From Alphaproteobacteria bacterium (lineage in GTDB: Bacteria; Pseudomonadota; Alphaproteobacteria; Rickettsiales; JABDBP01): DNA of 64,000 bases. The stretch lies in the NCBI GenBank assembly GCA_013288565.1, contig JABDBP010000005.1:8746-72745 (forward strand), read 5' to 3'. Shown here piece after piece: positions 9,764 through 19,584 of the stretch. A program made the translations under genes and the position numbers. Within the stretch, counting starts at the first letter, position 1. Every line of letters begins with the position of its first letter. The notes beneath the pieces are model-generated. The model was not told where the DNA came from. It searched no databases and saw only the letters and a list, made by a program, of their open reading frames with translations.

Positions 9764-11227
9764 ATGGCTATGATAGATAGCATGATGAAGAATGAAAATG
9801 CCCAGACTGGAAATCGTTTGGAAAAAATAATAACAGCCGGGCTCACGCTGCTAGTCTGCCTGGCTCCCTTGCCGCTTGGCAGTAATAACCCGATTAGTTA
9901 TTCAATAATTGCGCTGATGACGGGAATTCTGCTGTTAATGTGGGTTGCCAATTATTTCTTGAGCAAAAAACTACTGGCAATTTCCTTCAAAAAAATATGG
10001 TTTATTGTGCTGCCGTTTTTTCTTGCTGTATCATGGATAATATTGCAAATATCGATACCTGCTCCAGCATCACCAAACCTATGGCTTTTTAATCTTGCTT
10101 CTGCCGCGCTGGCAACTCCGCTTCGGCCAATCATCAGTTTAAACCAGGAGCAAACATTGGATAGCCTAATACGACTCCTGAGTTATGGAGGAATATTCTG
10201 GCTTGCAATGCAAATTGGCCAAACAAAGGGCAATGCAAAGAGGATGTTTAAGGCTGTTACTATTTCAGCCGTTCTTTATGCATTATATGGCCTTATTATG
10301 TATCTTACCAATGCTCCGTATATCGTATGGAGAAAAAAGACCAGTAATTTTGATGTTGTTACCGGAACTTTCATAAATCACAATCACTATGCGACTTACG
10401 CCGGAATTTGTCTGATCGTCACGTGCGCATTGTGGATATCGACCGTCTTAAGGAATTTAGATGACAGCAACGCTAGATTAATTTTGAAGACATTGCTAGA
10501 AAATATAATCCGCAAGGGCTTTATACTTTTTAACATTATAATTATAATCGCCATTTCCCTGATGTTGACCAGTTCGCGCGCCGGGACATTCAGTAGCCTG
10601 TTGGGTTTGATCGCTTTTATTTGTGCTACTGCGCTAACAAAGCCTGTGCAGAATTTGCGTTACGTATTTTTTGGCATAGCCGTGGTAGTTCTATTATCGC
10701 TTTTTGCCGTATTGAATTTCACGGGCAAAGGTGTTTTGAACCGGCTTGCCTATATAGATTATGCAATTAATGATAGGATGCAAATTTATTCTGTCACCTT
10801 GGATGCGATAGCCGATTATAAAACCTACGGCTCCGGATTCGGCACTTTCGAGGAGATTTTTCAAGAATATAGGCCGGAAAGTATGTATAATAGTCGTGAA
10901 ATCCGGATGTGTTATGCTCACAACACTTACCTTGAAACCATACTCGAACTTGGTGCGACGGGATTTGCTGTATTGCTGCTCTGCAATTTAGGAATGTTTT
11001 ATATTTGCTTAGGTGGCTTAAAAAGGCGAACTGGCGGTTATATATACCCGGCAGCCGGCATAGGCATAATGATTCTTGTCGGCGTTCATTCCCTGTTTGA
11101 TTTTAGCATTCAATTACCAGCGGTGGCAGTTACATATTTCGCCCTACTCGGAATTTGCGTAGCGGGTTCATGGTCAAGCAGTGAGGGTACTAGACCTTTA
11201 AGTTTTGCAGCATGGGATATAAAGTGA
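9764..11227 (+). CDS. O-antigen ligase / Wzy_C-domain family membrane protein
   Basis: Polytopic membrane protein with NHNHYATY and LTSSRAGTFSSLLG segments and a large loop ending in H-containing CYAHNTYLE. Confidence 0.7.
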   Translation: MAMIDSMMKNENAQTGNRLEKIITAGLTLLVCLAPLPLGSNNPISYSIIALMTGILLLMWVANYFLSKKLLAISFKKIWFIVLPFFLAVSWIILQISIPAPASPNLWLFNLASAALATPLRPIISLNQEQTLDSLIRLLSYGGIFWLAMQIGQTKGNAKRMFKAVTISAVLYALYGLIMYLTNAPYIVWRKKTSNFDVVTGTFINHNHYATYAGICLIVTCALWISTVLRNLDDSNARLILKTLLENIIRKGFILFNIIIIIAISLMLTSSRAGTFSSLLGLIAFICATALTKPVQNLRYVFFGIAVVVLLSLFAVLNFTGKGVLNRLAYIDYAINDRMQIYSVTLDAIADYKTYGSGFGTFEEIFQEYRPESMYNSREIRMCYAHNTYLETILELGATGFAVLLLCNLGMFYICLGGLKRRTGGYIYPAAGIGIMILVGVHSLFDFSIQLPAVAVTYFALLGICVAGSWSSSEGTRPLSFAAWDIK

Positions 11228-11239
11228 TAATCGTAAGAA

Positions 11240-12739
11240 ATGCTTTTTAATTCTTACCAATTTATTTTTTTATATCTACCTACTGTCTTTCTTGGGTTTT
11301 TCTTTATTTCCAGAATAAGCCGCCACCTTGCCATTCTCTGGTTAGGGGCGGCTTCGCTTTTTTTCTATGGCTGGTGGAACCCAAAATTCGTTCTATTGCT
11401 ACTGGCTTCCATAATTTTTAATTATGGGATGGGGTACGCTATCGGGCATTTGAGAATCGTCTCCAAAGGTAAGGCTCTACTAACGATAGCAATCGGCAGC
11501 AATCTCGCGCTGCTTGGCTATTTCAAATATGCAAATTTTTTCATTAACACGATTGATGGCTTAGCCGATGGAGAAATTCCTCTAACTAATGTTACCCTTC
11601 CACTTGGTATCTCCTTCTTCACTTTTACTCAAATTGCGTTTTTGGTCGATGTCTATCGAGGAATAGCGCATGAGTATCGATTTATTCACTACTTGCTGTT
11701 TGTCAGTTATTTTCCTCACCTGATAGCGGGGCCAATATTACATCATAAACAAATAATTCCCCAATTTGCCGATCCGGTGATATATCAGGTGCGTAGCGAA
11801 AACGTAGCCCTTGGATTAATTATATTTACCATTGGACTTGCCAAAAAAGTTTTATTAGCCGATAGCTTTGCGGAATACGCCAATCCAATTTTCGATGCAA
11901 CGCAGGGTGGCGTGCAGCCCGGCTTAGTCGCGGCCTGGACGGGAGCATTGGCTTATACATTGCAGATTTACTTTGATTTTTCTGGGTATTCCGACATGGC
12001 GATCGGTGCGTCGCACCTGTTTAATATAGAAATACCTATCAATTTCAATTCACCCTATAAATCCAAAAATATTATTGAATTCTGGCGGCGCTGGCACATC
12101 ACGCTATCCCAGTTTCTAAAAGATTACCTTTATATTCCTCTAGGCGGGAACAGACATGGAAAAATCCGCCGCTATGAGAACCTTATAGTTACCATGCTGC
12201 TTGGCGGTTTATGGCATGGCGCTAATTGGACATTCGTAGCTTGGGGGGGATTACATGGTTTTTACCTGCTTATTAACCATGCATGGCATGAATTTCGGAC
12301 GCATATAAGTCTTCCGAGCAAAGAACCATCCTATCTTTCAACAATATTTGGTTCCGCGCTTACCTTTGTCCTTGTTGTTGTGGCATGGGTATTTTTTCGT
12401 GCGGAAAGTTTCCATACTGCTTTTGCGATACTGAAAGGTATGGGCAATATTGGTGAATTTAAGGAACTATACCCAAAAACCCTTTCTATGACTTTTGAGG
12501 GAATATACGACATTTATAAAGTGCCACAGGATAGTGGGGGTTACGTTTTAACCATTTTCTCCTTTGGCCTTGGCATTGTTTGGCTTCTCCAAAATACGCA
12601 AAAATTATCCTCGTATTATCGTTTTTCCGATTATAGAATTCATTTTTTTGTGATTGGAATGCTATGTTTTTGTATATTTATGCTGGTTACAATAAACGCT
12701 TCACGGGGTATTTCGGAATTTATTTATTTCAATTTTTAA
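11240..12739 (+). CDS. MBOAT family O-acyltransferase (AlgI/DltB-like)
   Basis: 499 aa polytopic protein. Motifs FWRRWHITLSQFLKDYLYIPLGGNR and LGGLWHGANW. Confidence 0.85.
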   Translation: MLFNSYQFIFLYLPTVFLGFFFISRISRHLAILWLGAASLFFYGWWNPKFVLLLLASIIFNYGMGYAIGHLRIVSKGKALLTIAIGSNLALLGYFKYANFFINTIDGLADGEIPLTNVTLPLGISFFTFTQIAFLVDVYRGIAHEYRFIHYLLFVSYFPHLIAGPILHHKQIIPQFADPVIYQVRSENVALGLIIFTIGLAKKVLLADSFAEYANPIFDATQGGVQPGLVAAWTGALAYTLQIYFDFSGYSDMAIGASHLFNIEIPINFNSPYKSKNIIEFWRRWHITLSQFLKDYLYIPLGGNRHGKIRRYENLIVTMLLGGLWHGANWTFVAWGGLHGFYLLINHAWHEFRTHISLPSKEPSYLSTIFGSALTFVLVVVAWVFFRAESFHTAFAILKGMGNIGEFKELYPKTLSMTFEGIYDIYKVPQDSGGYVLTIFSFGLGIVWLLQNTQKLSSYYRFSDYRIHFFVIGMLCFCIFMLVTINASRGISEFIYFNF

Positions 12740-12740
12740 G

Positions 12741-13790
12741 ATGAAATTCGCCAAGTATATATTTTTCTTTTTTCTTGGATTAACGGTTTCGATTGTAGTA
12801 TCGGAAGTTGGTTTGCAATTTCTTCCAGTGTCAAAAGGATTTTTTGGCACTAGGCCCACAAAAGAAATGCCTGTAAGTAGATTTATTCCGGATAAATATT
12901 ATACTTATTCTCTGGGGTGGAATTTTAGAGATATTGTTCATGGAAAGTTCAATAACCTCGGTTATATAAGCGATCACGATTATGTGGCAAAAGTTAAAAA
13001 CATAGCTGTTATAGGGAATAGTTATATTGAATCAAGAATGATATGTAATGGTAAGAGTATCAGTGATGACCTTGACAAAATGATGTCACCAAAAGTACAT
13101 GTGTATGCTTTTGGTCAACCAGGAGCCAATTTAGCAGGCTATTTATTGGCCGTTAATTATGCCATTAATACCTTTCACCCGAATTCCCTAATAATACTTA
13201 TAACAAATAAGGATATAGAAAAAAGTCTGAATTACCAACCATGGGGCTTTTGGTTTTCTGAGAAAGAGGGTGGTTTTAAAATAGAAAGCGGTAATACTTC
13301 TGATCTGCCAAATCCAAATTATTATCTTCGTAAATTTCTCCATTCTAGTAGTATTTTCTCCTACTTTCATAATAACTTAAGGTTCAGTAAAGAATTGCTT
13401 GTTGGGGCTGGTAAGATGGTGACTCGATCAGTAGCCCAGCAAGAAATCGGAGAAGTTGTCTTTAACGAGCAATCCCAGAGGGTTGGTGAATTTTTTATCA
13501 AATCACTTGTAGAGATTCATCACAAAACCGGATCGGAGATAATTTTGGTATTCGATGGGGATAGGAAAAGTATATATGAAGAAAAAGCCCCGAATAGATC
13601 GGAGGTTGATTTCCTAATGAATTTAGCAAAAAATAATAATATTAAGACGATTGATTTGCAAAAATACTTTGAGTTGGATTACTCGGTATTCAGAAAACCT
13701 TTTGACTATGAAAGGTTTGACGGTCACTGGAATGAGCGCGGCCATGCAGTTGCCGCCGCCGCTATATTTGATATTGTGAAAGGACTTTAA
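12741..13790 (+). CDS. SGNH / AlgX-AlgJ-like protein, probable partner of the MBOAT acyltransferase
   Basis: N-terminal TM anchor. Motifs AVIGNSYIES and C-terminal FDGHWNERGH. Starts 2 nt after the MBOAT stop. Confidence 0.55.
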   Translation: MKFAKYIFFFFLGLTVSIVVSEVGLQFLPVSKGFFGTRPTKEMPVSRFIPDKYYTYSLGWNFRDIVHGKFNNLGYISDHDYVAKVKNIAVIGNSYIESRMICNGKSISDDLDKMMSPKVHVYAFGQPGANLAGYLLAVNYAINTFHPNSLIILITNKDIEKSLNYQPWGFWFSEKEGGFKIESGNTSDLPNPNYYLRKFLHSSSIFSYFHNNLRFSKELLVGAGKMVTRSVAQQEIGEVVFNEQSQRVGEFFIKSLVEIHHKTGSEIILVFDGDRKSIYEEKAPNRSEVDFLMNLAKNNNIKTIDLQKYFELDYSVFRKPFDYERFDGHWNERGHAVAAAAIFDIVKGL

Positions 13791-13890
13791 CGAGAGCATT
13801 ACGCTAAAAATCAATAGGGGCATCATTGGGGACATCCATCAACTGCTGGTGATACAAAAATGCTTGTTGTCAATTAGTTACCCGCTTAGT

Positions 13891-14571
13891 ATGGCTGCCG
13901 TCACCGTGGTTAATCAAACAAAAAACAATCCTGTAACAAAAGCCGTGGTCGCTGGTGTATTGATTCCGGCGATTTTTCTGATTGTTTACGGCAGCTTATT
14001 ACTGCGTCAGGAAATAAAAAGGCTGCCGGTCATTGCAGCGGTGGAAAAAATTAATCTCAGCAAGCCTGTAAGCCCAGAAGAGCTGTCCGCTGCCATAAAA
14101 ACTGCAGTTGGCCTGATAAAAGAACGGAGAAGCAGTGAAATTCTAGCTGATCTAGCATTGCTTGAAATGGCACAAGCAGCTAACACTGCAAAAAATCAAG
14201 GTGAATCAGGGAAATATTTTCAGGATGCCAGGGTACACCTGACAGAAAGCCTATCACTCGCGCCTGCCAATCCTTTCGGATGGGCGAGGCTTGCTTATAT
14301 TGACATCAGCTTAAATTCAGCATCAGAGAAAACCGCAAAAGAATTATATCTTTCGGCAATGACCGGGCCTTATCTTCCGAACCTACTGTTGCCGAGGCTG
14401 GAAATGGCTTTGGCGTCGTGGCGATATTTTAATGAAGCCGGAAAGGCCTTATTCCGGGAACAAATCAGAGCCGCTTGGCGCAAGGAGCCTATGAAAGTAC
14501 TGGATTTGTCCAGAAAAGATGGATTCTATCCGATCATAATAGATGCGGTAAGGGAAGGGTCGGCTAGGTAG
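13891..14571 (+). CDS. hypothetical membrane-anchored helical-repeat protein
   Basis: One TM segment (VVAGVLIPAIFLIVYGSLLL) followed by a helical, TPR-like region. Start uncertain (GTG 13849 or ATG 13891). Confidence 0.4.
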   Translation: MAAVTVVNQTKNNPVTKAVVAGVLIPAIFLIVYGSLLLRQEIKRLPVIAAVEKINLSKPVSPEELSAAIKTAVGLIKERRSSEILADLALLEMAQAANTAKNQGESGKYFQDARVHLTESLSLAPANPFGWARLAYIDISLNSASEKTAKELYLSAMTGPYLPNLLLPRLEMALASWRYFNEAGKALFREQIRAAWRKEPMKVLDLSRKDGFYPIIIDAVREGSAR

Positions 14572-14597
14572 CATTTGCCCTTAAGACATCCAGGTTG

Positions 14598-14723
14598 TTA
14601 TCTGGTCGATAAAAACTTCATTATTTGACCTTGCAGCACTACGTCGTTTCCGGTGGCATAGCTTCTGGTATCGATTCCTATATCGCCCTTGTTGTCCCCT
14701 ATAATATTTCTTTGAAATATAGC
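14598..14723 (-). pseudogene. 3' fragment of a second metallophosphoesterase gene, paralogous to the 3' end of 18816-19577
   Basis: Translates to ..AIFQRNIIGDNKGDIGIDTRSYATGNDVVLQGQIMKFLSTR*. The intact gene reads ..TIFDKPFIGNGRIGIDTGSFATGKLTAVMLQGKVMKFLSTRE*. Stops close the frame upstream. Confidence 0.7.
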
Positions 14724-14765
14724 AGGTTACTATTAATTTTGATGTAATTGATATTGCGTTTTAGA

Positions 14766-15971
14766 ATGAATAATTCATATAACTCATTTGTGGCTCAATT
14801 TCTTAAAAATGCAGTACTTATCCTTGCAAGTATTTTTGTATCGCTGGCAATATGTGAAATCACGCTAAGGGTAATGCATTTTTCGGCACCGTTATTTTAT
14901 AAACCAGATCCTGAGGTTGGCGCGGTTCTGCGCCCTGGCGCTGCTGGCCTTCAAAAAATGGAGGGCGAGACTTATATTACCATCAACTCACAAGGGCTAC
15001 GCGACTATGAGCATTCGTCGGTTAAATCTGAAAATTCTATTCGGATAGCTGTACTTGGCGACTCCTATGCAGAAGCATTGCAAGTACCTATTGATAAAAC
15101 ATTCTGGAGTATTGCAAAGGATACTTTTGACAATCAATGTCCCAGCAACCAGAAAAAGCTGGAACCAATCAATTTGGGCGTTTCCGGATATGGAACCGCA
15201 CAGGAATTTATAAGGCTTCGCCGTGACGCATGGCAATATAACCCAGATATAGTGCTATTAGCTGTCACAGTAGGAAATGATATAAGAAATAATAGTAAAG
15301 AATTAGAGCCAGATAAAGCCAGGCCATTTCTAAATAAGGATAACACTTTCGATTTTTCTTATATTCATTCTCACATGAACACTTCGGGTTATAAGCTAAA
15401 AAACTCATGGATTGGAAGAATGGCAACTGAAGCCTCTAATCACCTACGCATAATACAGCTAGTATATTATTCAATAGATTTATACCTTTATAGAAATGCG
15501 CTATCTTTAACTTCTAAATCTACAAGCGAAGTAGGCATTGATGATTTTATATACCATCCTCCGCAAACGGATGCTGAAAAGGAAGCCTGGAATACCACAG
15601 AGAGGTTGCTTCTGATGATGAAGAAGGAAGTTGAGGGAAAAGGAAAGAAACTATTGGTAGTCACGCTCTCCTCAGGGATCCAAGTATCTCTTGATCGAGT
15701 AAAATATGAACAATTTAAACAATCATTCGAGAGGCAATATAAAACTCCATTCGAGCCTTTCTATCCAGACTATAGAATTAAGGCATTTCTGGAGAAAAAT
15801 AACATCAATTATCTAATTCTGGCACCGCAATTGCAAAGAACTGCGGTGGAAAAGAACATATATATGCATGGGTTTGGGAATAATCTTGGCGGCGGCCACT
15901 GGAATGAGAATGGACATCGCTATGCTGGTGAGATCATCGCAAACAAGCTATGCGGTATGTTATCCCAATAA
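14766..15971 (+). CDS. SGNH/GDSL-type hydrolase or acyltransferase-like protein, membrane anchored
   Basis: N-terminal TM. SGNH blocks AVLGDSYAEA, GVSGYG, VGNDIRNN and GGGHWNENGH. Confidence 0.6.
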   Translation: MNNSYNSFVAQFLKNAVLILASIFVSLAICEITLRVMHFSAPLFYKPDPEVGAVLRPGAAGLQKMEGETYITINSQGLRDYEHSSVKSENSIRIAVLGDSYAEALQVPIDKTFWSIAKDTFDNQCPSNQKKLEPINLGVSGYGTAQEFIRLRRDAWQYNPDIVLLAVTVGNDIRNNSKELEPDKARPFLNKDNTFDFSYIHSHMNTSGYKLKNSWIGRMATEASNHLRIIQLVYYSIDLYLYRNALSLTSKSTSEVGIDDFIYHPPQTDAEKEAWNTTERLLLMMKKEVEGKGKKLLVVTLSSGIQVSLDRVKYEQFKQSFERQYKTPFEPFYPDYRIKAFLEKNNINYLILAPQLQRTAVEKNIYMHGFGNNLGGGHWNENGHRYAGEIIANKLCGMLSQ

Positions 15972-16113
15972 TTCTGAAGAGGCTGAACTGCAGCAACTCA
16001 ATCACTATAGGCCAGATACTTACCCCTGTTAAACATCTTCAACAATTTTGTTTGCCAATAGAGAGGGGTAAAGAGAGTATAGTGTAAATTCCTATTTTGG
16101 CGGCGATTATTAA

Positions 16114-16551
16114 ATGAAATCAGAAATCAAGAGCAAAGTCATCAACCTGGCCTATTCCGAAGATGTTAAAATGCCTTCGGATAAGAAGTTCGGGCTAACG
16201 ATTGGTATTATTTTTCTTCTTATTTCCACTTTTCTTTATCTACATCATAAACATGCATCTTGGTATTTAATATCAGCTGCCGCAATTGTAATTACAGTAG
16301 TGCTAGTTTGTTCCAAGGCGCTGCATCCGCTAAACTGGACTTGGTTTAAAATCGGGATGTTGGTAAGTAAAATTACCAATCCTATTATTTTTGCCGGTAT
16401 GTTTTATGTTCTGATAACTCCGGCCGGACTAATCATGCGGGTTTTTGGAAAAAGGCCAATAACAAACAGTGTTTCAAAAAAAATAAGTAGTTACTGGATT
16501 GAAAGAAAAAATAATAATTTCAATATGGAAACGTTTAAGAACCAGTTTTGA
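16114..16551 (+). CDS. SxtJ-family small membrane protein
   Basis: 145 aa with three hydrophobic segments. Sits in the recurrent SxtJ / DUF5989 / carbamoyltransferase neighbourhood (from memory). Confidence 0.5.
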   Translation: MKSEIKSKVINLAYSEDVKMPSDKKFGLTIGIIFLLISTFLYLHHKHASWYLISAAAIVITVVLVCSKALHPLNWTWFKIGMLVSKITNPIIFAGMFYVLITPAGLIMRVFGKRPITNSVSKKISSYWIERKNNNFNMETFKNQF

Positions 16552-16555
16552 ATTT

Positions 16556-16708
16556 ATGCTCAGTATTCTTGCAGAATTATGGCGGTTTCTAAAAGTGCGT
16601 AAGAAATATTGGCTTATGCCGATATTGTTCGTGCTAATATTGTTTGGGACGTTAATTATCCTCGCGCAAGGTAGTGTCCTTGCACCCTTTATCTACACTC
16701 TTTTTTAG
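16556..16708 (+). CDS. DUF5989-like small membrane protein
   Basis: About 50 aa: MLSILAELWRFLKVRKKYWLMPILFVLILFGTLIIL. Lies directly upstream of the carbamoyltransferase. Confidence 0.5.
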   Translation: MLSILAELWRFLKVRKKYWLMPILFVLILFGTLIILAQGSVLAPFIYTLF

Positions 16709-16712
16709 CTTC

Positions 16713-18548
16713 GTGACCAGAATCCTAGGAATCTCGGCATTTTATCACGATAGCGCGGCGGCTCTTGTAAAAGATGGAATAATAATTGCGGCAGCACAGG
16801 AAGAAAGATTTAATAGAAAAAAGCATTACGCCGGTTTTCCCTATTCGGCCATTTCTTATTGCCTAGAAAAAGATAATATCAGCCTAAAAGATATTGATTA
16901 TGTGGTATTCTATGAGAAGCCTTTCCTAACTTTTGAAAGACTCCTGGAAACTTACCTTTCCTTCGCTCCGCGCGGTCTGATTTCTTTCGTTAAATCCATG
17001 CCCTTATGGATTAAGCATAAATTGTTTCAAAAGGAAATAATAAGGAAATCGCTGGTTAGTATTTCAGAAAACAAACAGATTCCTGAAATACTTTTTAGCG
17101 AGCATCACTTATCACACGCATCAAGCGCATTTTACCCTTCCCCATTTTCTAAGGCACTGATTCTTACGCTTGATGGGGTGGGAGAGTGGGCAACCACAAG
17201 CGTCGCTTTGGGCAATGAATCTAAAATTGAAATTAAGAAAGAGATATTCTTTCCGCATTCCATAGGCCTGCTCTATTCGAGCTTTACTTATTTTCTGGGA
17301 TTAAAGGTTAATTCAGGTGAGTATAAACTGATGGGACTCGCTCCCTATGGAGAGCCTAAATATGCCGATATTATTCTGGAGCATTTAATAGACTTAAAAG
17401 AAGATGGCTCCTACCGGCTCAACATGGGATATTTTGATTATTGTACCGGCTTAAAAATGACCAATAAGAAGTTCGAGAAACTTTTTGGTATTCCGCCCAG
17501 GAAGCCAGAAGAACTTCTAACCGAAAAGCACATGGATATTGCTGCCTCGATACAATTAGTAACCGAGAAAGTACTGCTTACCATGACCGATGTCTTGGCA
17601 AAAGAATTTCCGGAATATAAGAACTTATGCCTTGCTGGTGGCGTTGCGCTTAACTGCGTAGCTAATGGGAAAATATTGAAACAAGGGAATTTCAATAATA
17701 TTTGGATTCAGCCTGCGTCAGGCGATGCCGGTGGGGCTGTAGGGTCGGCGCTTGCTGCTTATCATCTGGCTCTTGGTAAACAACGCCAAGTTCAGGAAAA
17801 TGATGGTATGCAGGGCGGGTATCTTGGGCAGGAATATTCACAAGTAGAAATAGAATCCGAGTTGGATGCAACTGGAGCTAAATTCACAGTAATGGAAGAG
17901 GCAGAACTTTTGCAAAAAACTACTGAAGCATTAATTCAAGGTAAGGCCGTAGGATGGTTTCAAGGTAGAGCCGAATTTGGGCCAAGAGCGCTGGGGAATC
18001 GTTCAATTCTGGGAGATCCGACCAATAAAACTATGCAGAAAGACTTGAACCTGAAAGTCAAATTCCGTGAATCATTCCGGCCATTCGCCCCGGCAGTGCT
18101 TGAGGAGGATGTCTCCGAATGGTTTGATATGGACGTTGCAAGTCCATATATGCTGTTAGTATGCGAAGTGGCAAAGAAGCGCCAGGTGACAATGAAAGAA
18201 GAAGATAAGAAACTATTTGGCATAGATAAACTTAATGTTGCAAGGTCGGCAATACCATCTGTTACGCACGTTGATTACTCTGCCAGGGTGCAAACCGTTT
18301 CAAAAACAACTAATCCAAAATTCCATGCTCTTATTAGCGTCTTTAAGGAGAAAACCGGCTGCGGGGTTCTGGTAAATACAAGTTTTAATGTTCGCGGGGA
18401 GCCAATAGTAAATTCTCCAGGAGATGCCTTCCGTTGCTTTATGGGAACAGGAATTGAGACGCTTGTGATAGGGAATTGCTTTCTTGAGAAGGAAAAACAG
18501 GAGATAAGTTTGATAGAAGATTATAAGCATAAATTCGAGCTTGATTGA
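16713..18548 (+). CDS. carbamoyltransferase (NodU/CmcH family)
   Basis: Probable GTG start giving VTRILGISAFYHDSAAALV. YrdC/Kae1-like body and carbamoyltransferase C-terminal domain (NTSFNVRGEPIV). Confidence 0.9.
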   Translation: MTRILGISAFYHDSAAALVKDGIIIAAAQEERFNRKKHYAGFPYSAISYCLEKDNISLKDIDYVVFYEKPFLTFERLLETYLSFAPRGLISFVKSMPLWIKHKLFQKEIIRKSLVSISENKQIPEILFSEHHLSHASSAFYPSPFSKALILTLDGVGEWATTSVALGNESKIEIKKEIFFPHSIGLLYSSFTYFLGLKVNSGEYKLMGLAPYGEPKYADIILEHLIDLKEDGSYRLNMGYFDYCTGLKMTNKKFEKLFGIPPRKPEELLTEKHMDIAASIQLVTEKVLLTMTDVLAKEFPEYKNLCLAGGVALNCVANGKILKQGNFNNIWIQPASGDAGGAVGSALAAYHLALGKQRQVQENDGMQGGYLGQEYSQVEIESELDATGAKFTVMEEAELLQKTTEALIQGKAVGWFQGRAEFGPRALGNRSILGDPTNKTMQKDLNLKVKFRESFRPFAPAVLEEDVSEWFDMDVASPYMLLVCEVAKKRQVTMKEEDKKLFGIDKLNVARSAIPSVTHVDYSARVQTVSKTTNPKFHALISVFKEKTGCGVLVNTSFNVRGEPIVNSPGDAFRCFMGTGIETLVIGNCFLEKEKQEISLIEDYKHKFELD

Positions 18549-18769
18549 TGAGTGTCTCTGCCTCAAAGAGATATCAAAGATTCCTTCGACTAGTGATCAA
18601 AGCAAGAAAAGAGGCGGGCATAAGTCAACAGGAACTTGCCAATATGCTGAATAAGCCTCAATCCTTCATCTCAGAATATGAGTTAGGCAAGAAAAGCCTG
18701 AATGTGCAAGAATTTGCTGCAATCACCAGGAATCTAAAGATAAGTGCTGATGCGCTTATCAATCGTTAA
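18545..18769 (+). CDS. XRE-family helix-turn-helix protein
   Basis: 74 aa with HTH ISQQELANMLNKPQSFISEYELG. ATG overlaps the carbamoyltransferase stop (ATGA). Confidence 0.7.
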   Translation: MMSVSASKRYQRFLRLVIKARKEAGISQQELANMLNKPQSFISEYELGKKSLNVQEFAAITRNLKISADALINR

Positions 18770-18815
18770 AGAGATAATGTTATTCGGCAGTATATTGATT
18801 TGCTAAGTTAACCAG

Positions 18816-19577
18816 CTACTCCCTGGTCGATAAAAATTTCATTACTTTACCTTGCAACATTACGGCGGTGAGCTTTCCGGTGGCAAAGCTTCCGGTATCG
18901 ATTCCTATCCTCCCGTTCCCGATAAATGGCTTATCGAATATAGTATGGCCAAATACTATGGTTTTGCCGAAATCCTTGCGTGAATAAATGAATTCATCGC
19001 GGATCATCAGCATATCCGCCCCTGATTGCTGATCTAGCGGGATACCCGGGCGGAAACCGGCATGCACGAAAACATAATCTCCTTCCTCGTGCATCATTTT
19101 CAGCTCGGAAAAGAATTTTTTGTGGTGTTCCGGAATACAACTTTCTAGCTCCTTTGCGATTTTTTCCAGATCCGCTTGATTCAGCATATTAACATCCAGC
19201 TTTACCCCATAGCTCTGAATCGTAGCTTCACCTCCCCATAAAAACCATTGTTCGCTTCTTTCCGGCCCCTCTATGAACTCCAGCATCGCATGCTCGTGAT
19301 TTCCTTTTAGGAAAATTCTCTCAAAACCCGGCAGCGGAGAGGTAATTAGGTGTTCAATAACTTGTTTGGATTCTAACCTGCGGTCAACATAATCCCCAAG
19401 ATAAACCAGGACTTTTCGGGCTTCCGGATTAAAATTTTTCTCTTCCTTTAGGATTATTTCATGCAGGGAGAGTAATGGCTCCAGATTACCGTGGATATCA
19501 CCTATTGCGTAGATTCTGGTGTTTTCTGGAGTATTGTGGGGAATTTCCGGCTTAGTGAAAAGCTTATTAATCAGCAT
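18816..19577 (-). CDS. PPP-family metallophosphoesterase (PrpA/ApaH-like protein phosphatase)
   Basis: Motifs GDIHGN, GDYVDR, GNHE, VHAG and GHT. Start trimmed to MLINK because the longer ORF overlaps the upstream kinase gene. Confidence 0.8.
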   Translation of the reverse strand: MLINKLFTKPEIPHNTPENTRIYAIGDIHGNLEPLLSLHEIILKEEKNFNPEARKVLVYLGDYVDRRLESKQVIEHLITSPLPGFERIFLKGNHEHAMLEFIEGPERSEQWFLWGGEATIQSYGVKLDVNMLNQADLEKIAKELESCIPEHHKKFFSELKMMHEEGDYVFVHAGFRPGIPLDQQSGADMLMIRDEFIYSRKDFGKTIVFGHTIFDKPFIGNGRIGIDTGSFATGKLTAVMLQGKVMKFLSTRE

Positions 19578-19584
19578 TTGTAGC

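Noticed and set aside
18545-19577. The XRE HTH plus the neighbouring gene as a toxin-antitoxin or defence pair.
   Set aside because: The two genes are convergent, not co-transcribed. The HTH is coupled to the carbamoyltransferase, and the neighbour is a standard PPP phosphatase co-oriented with the kinase.
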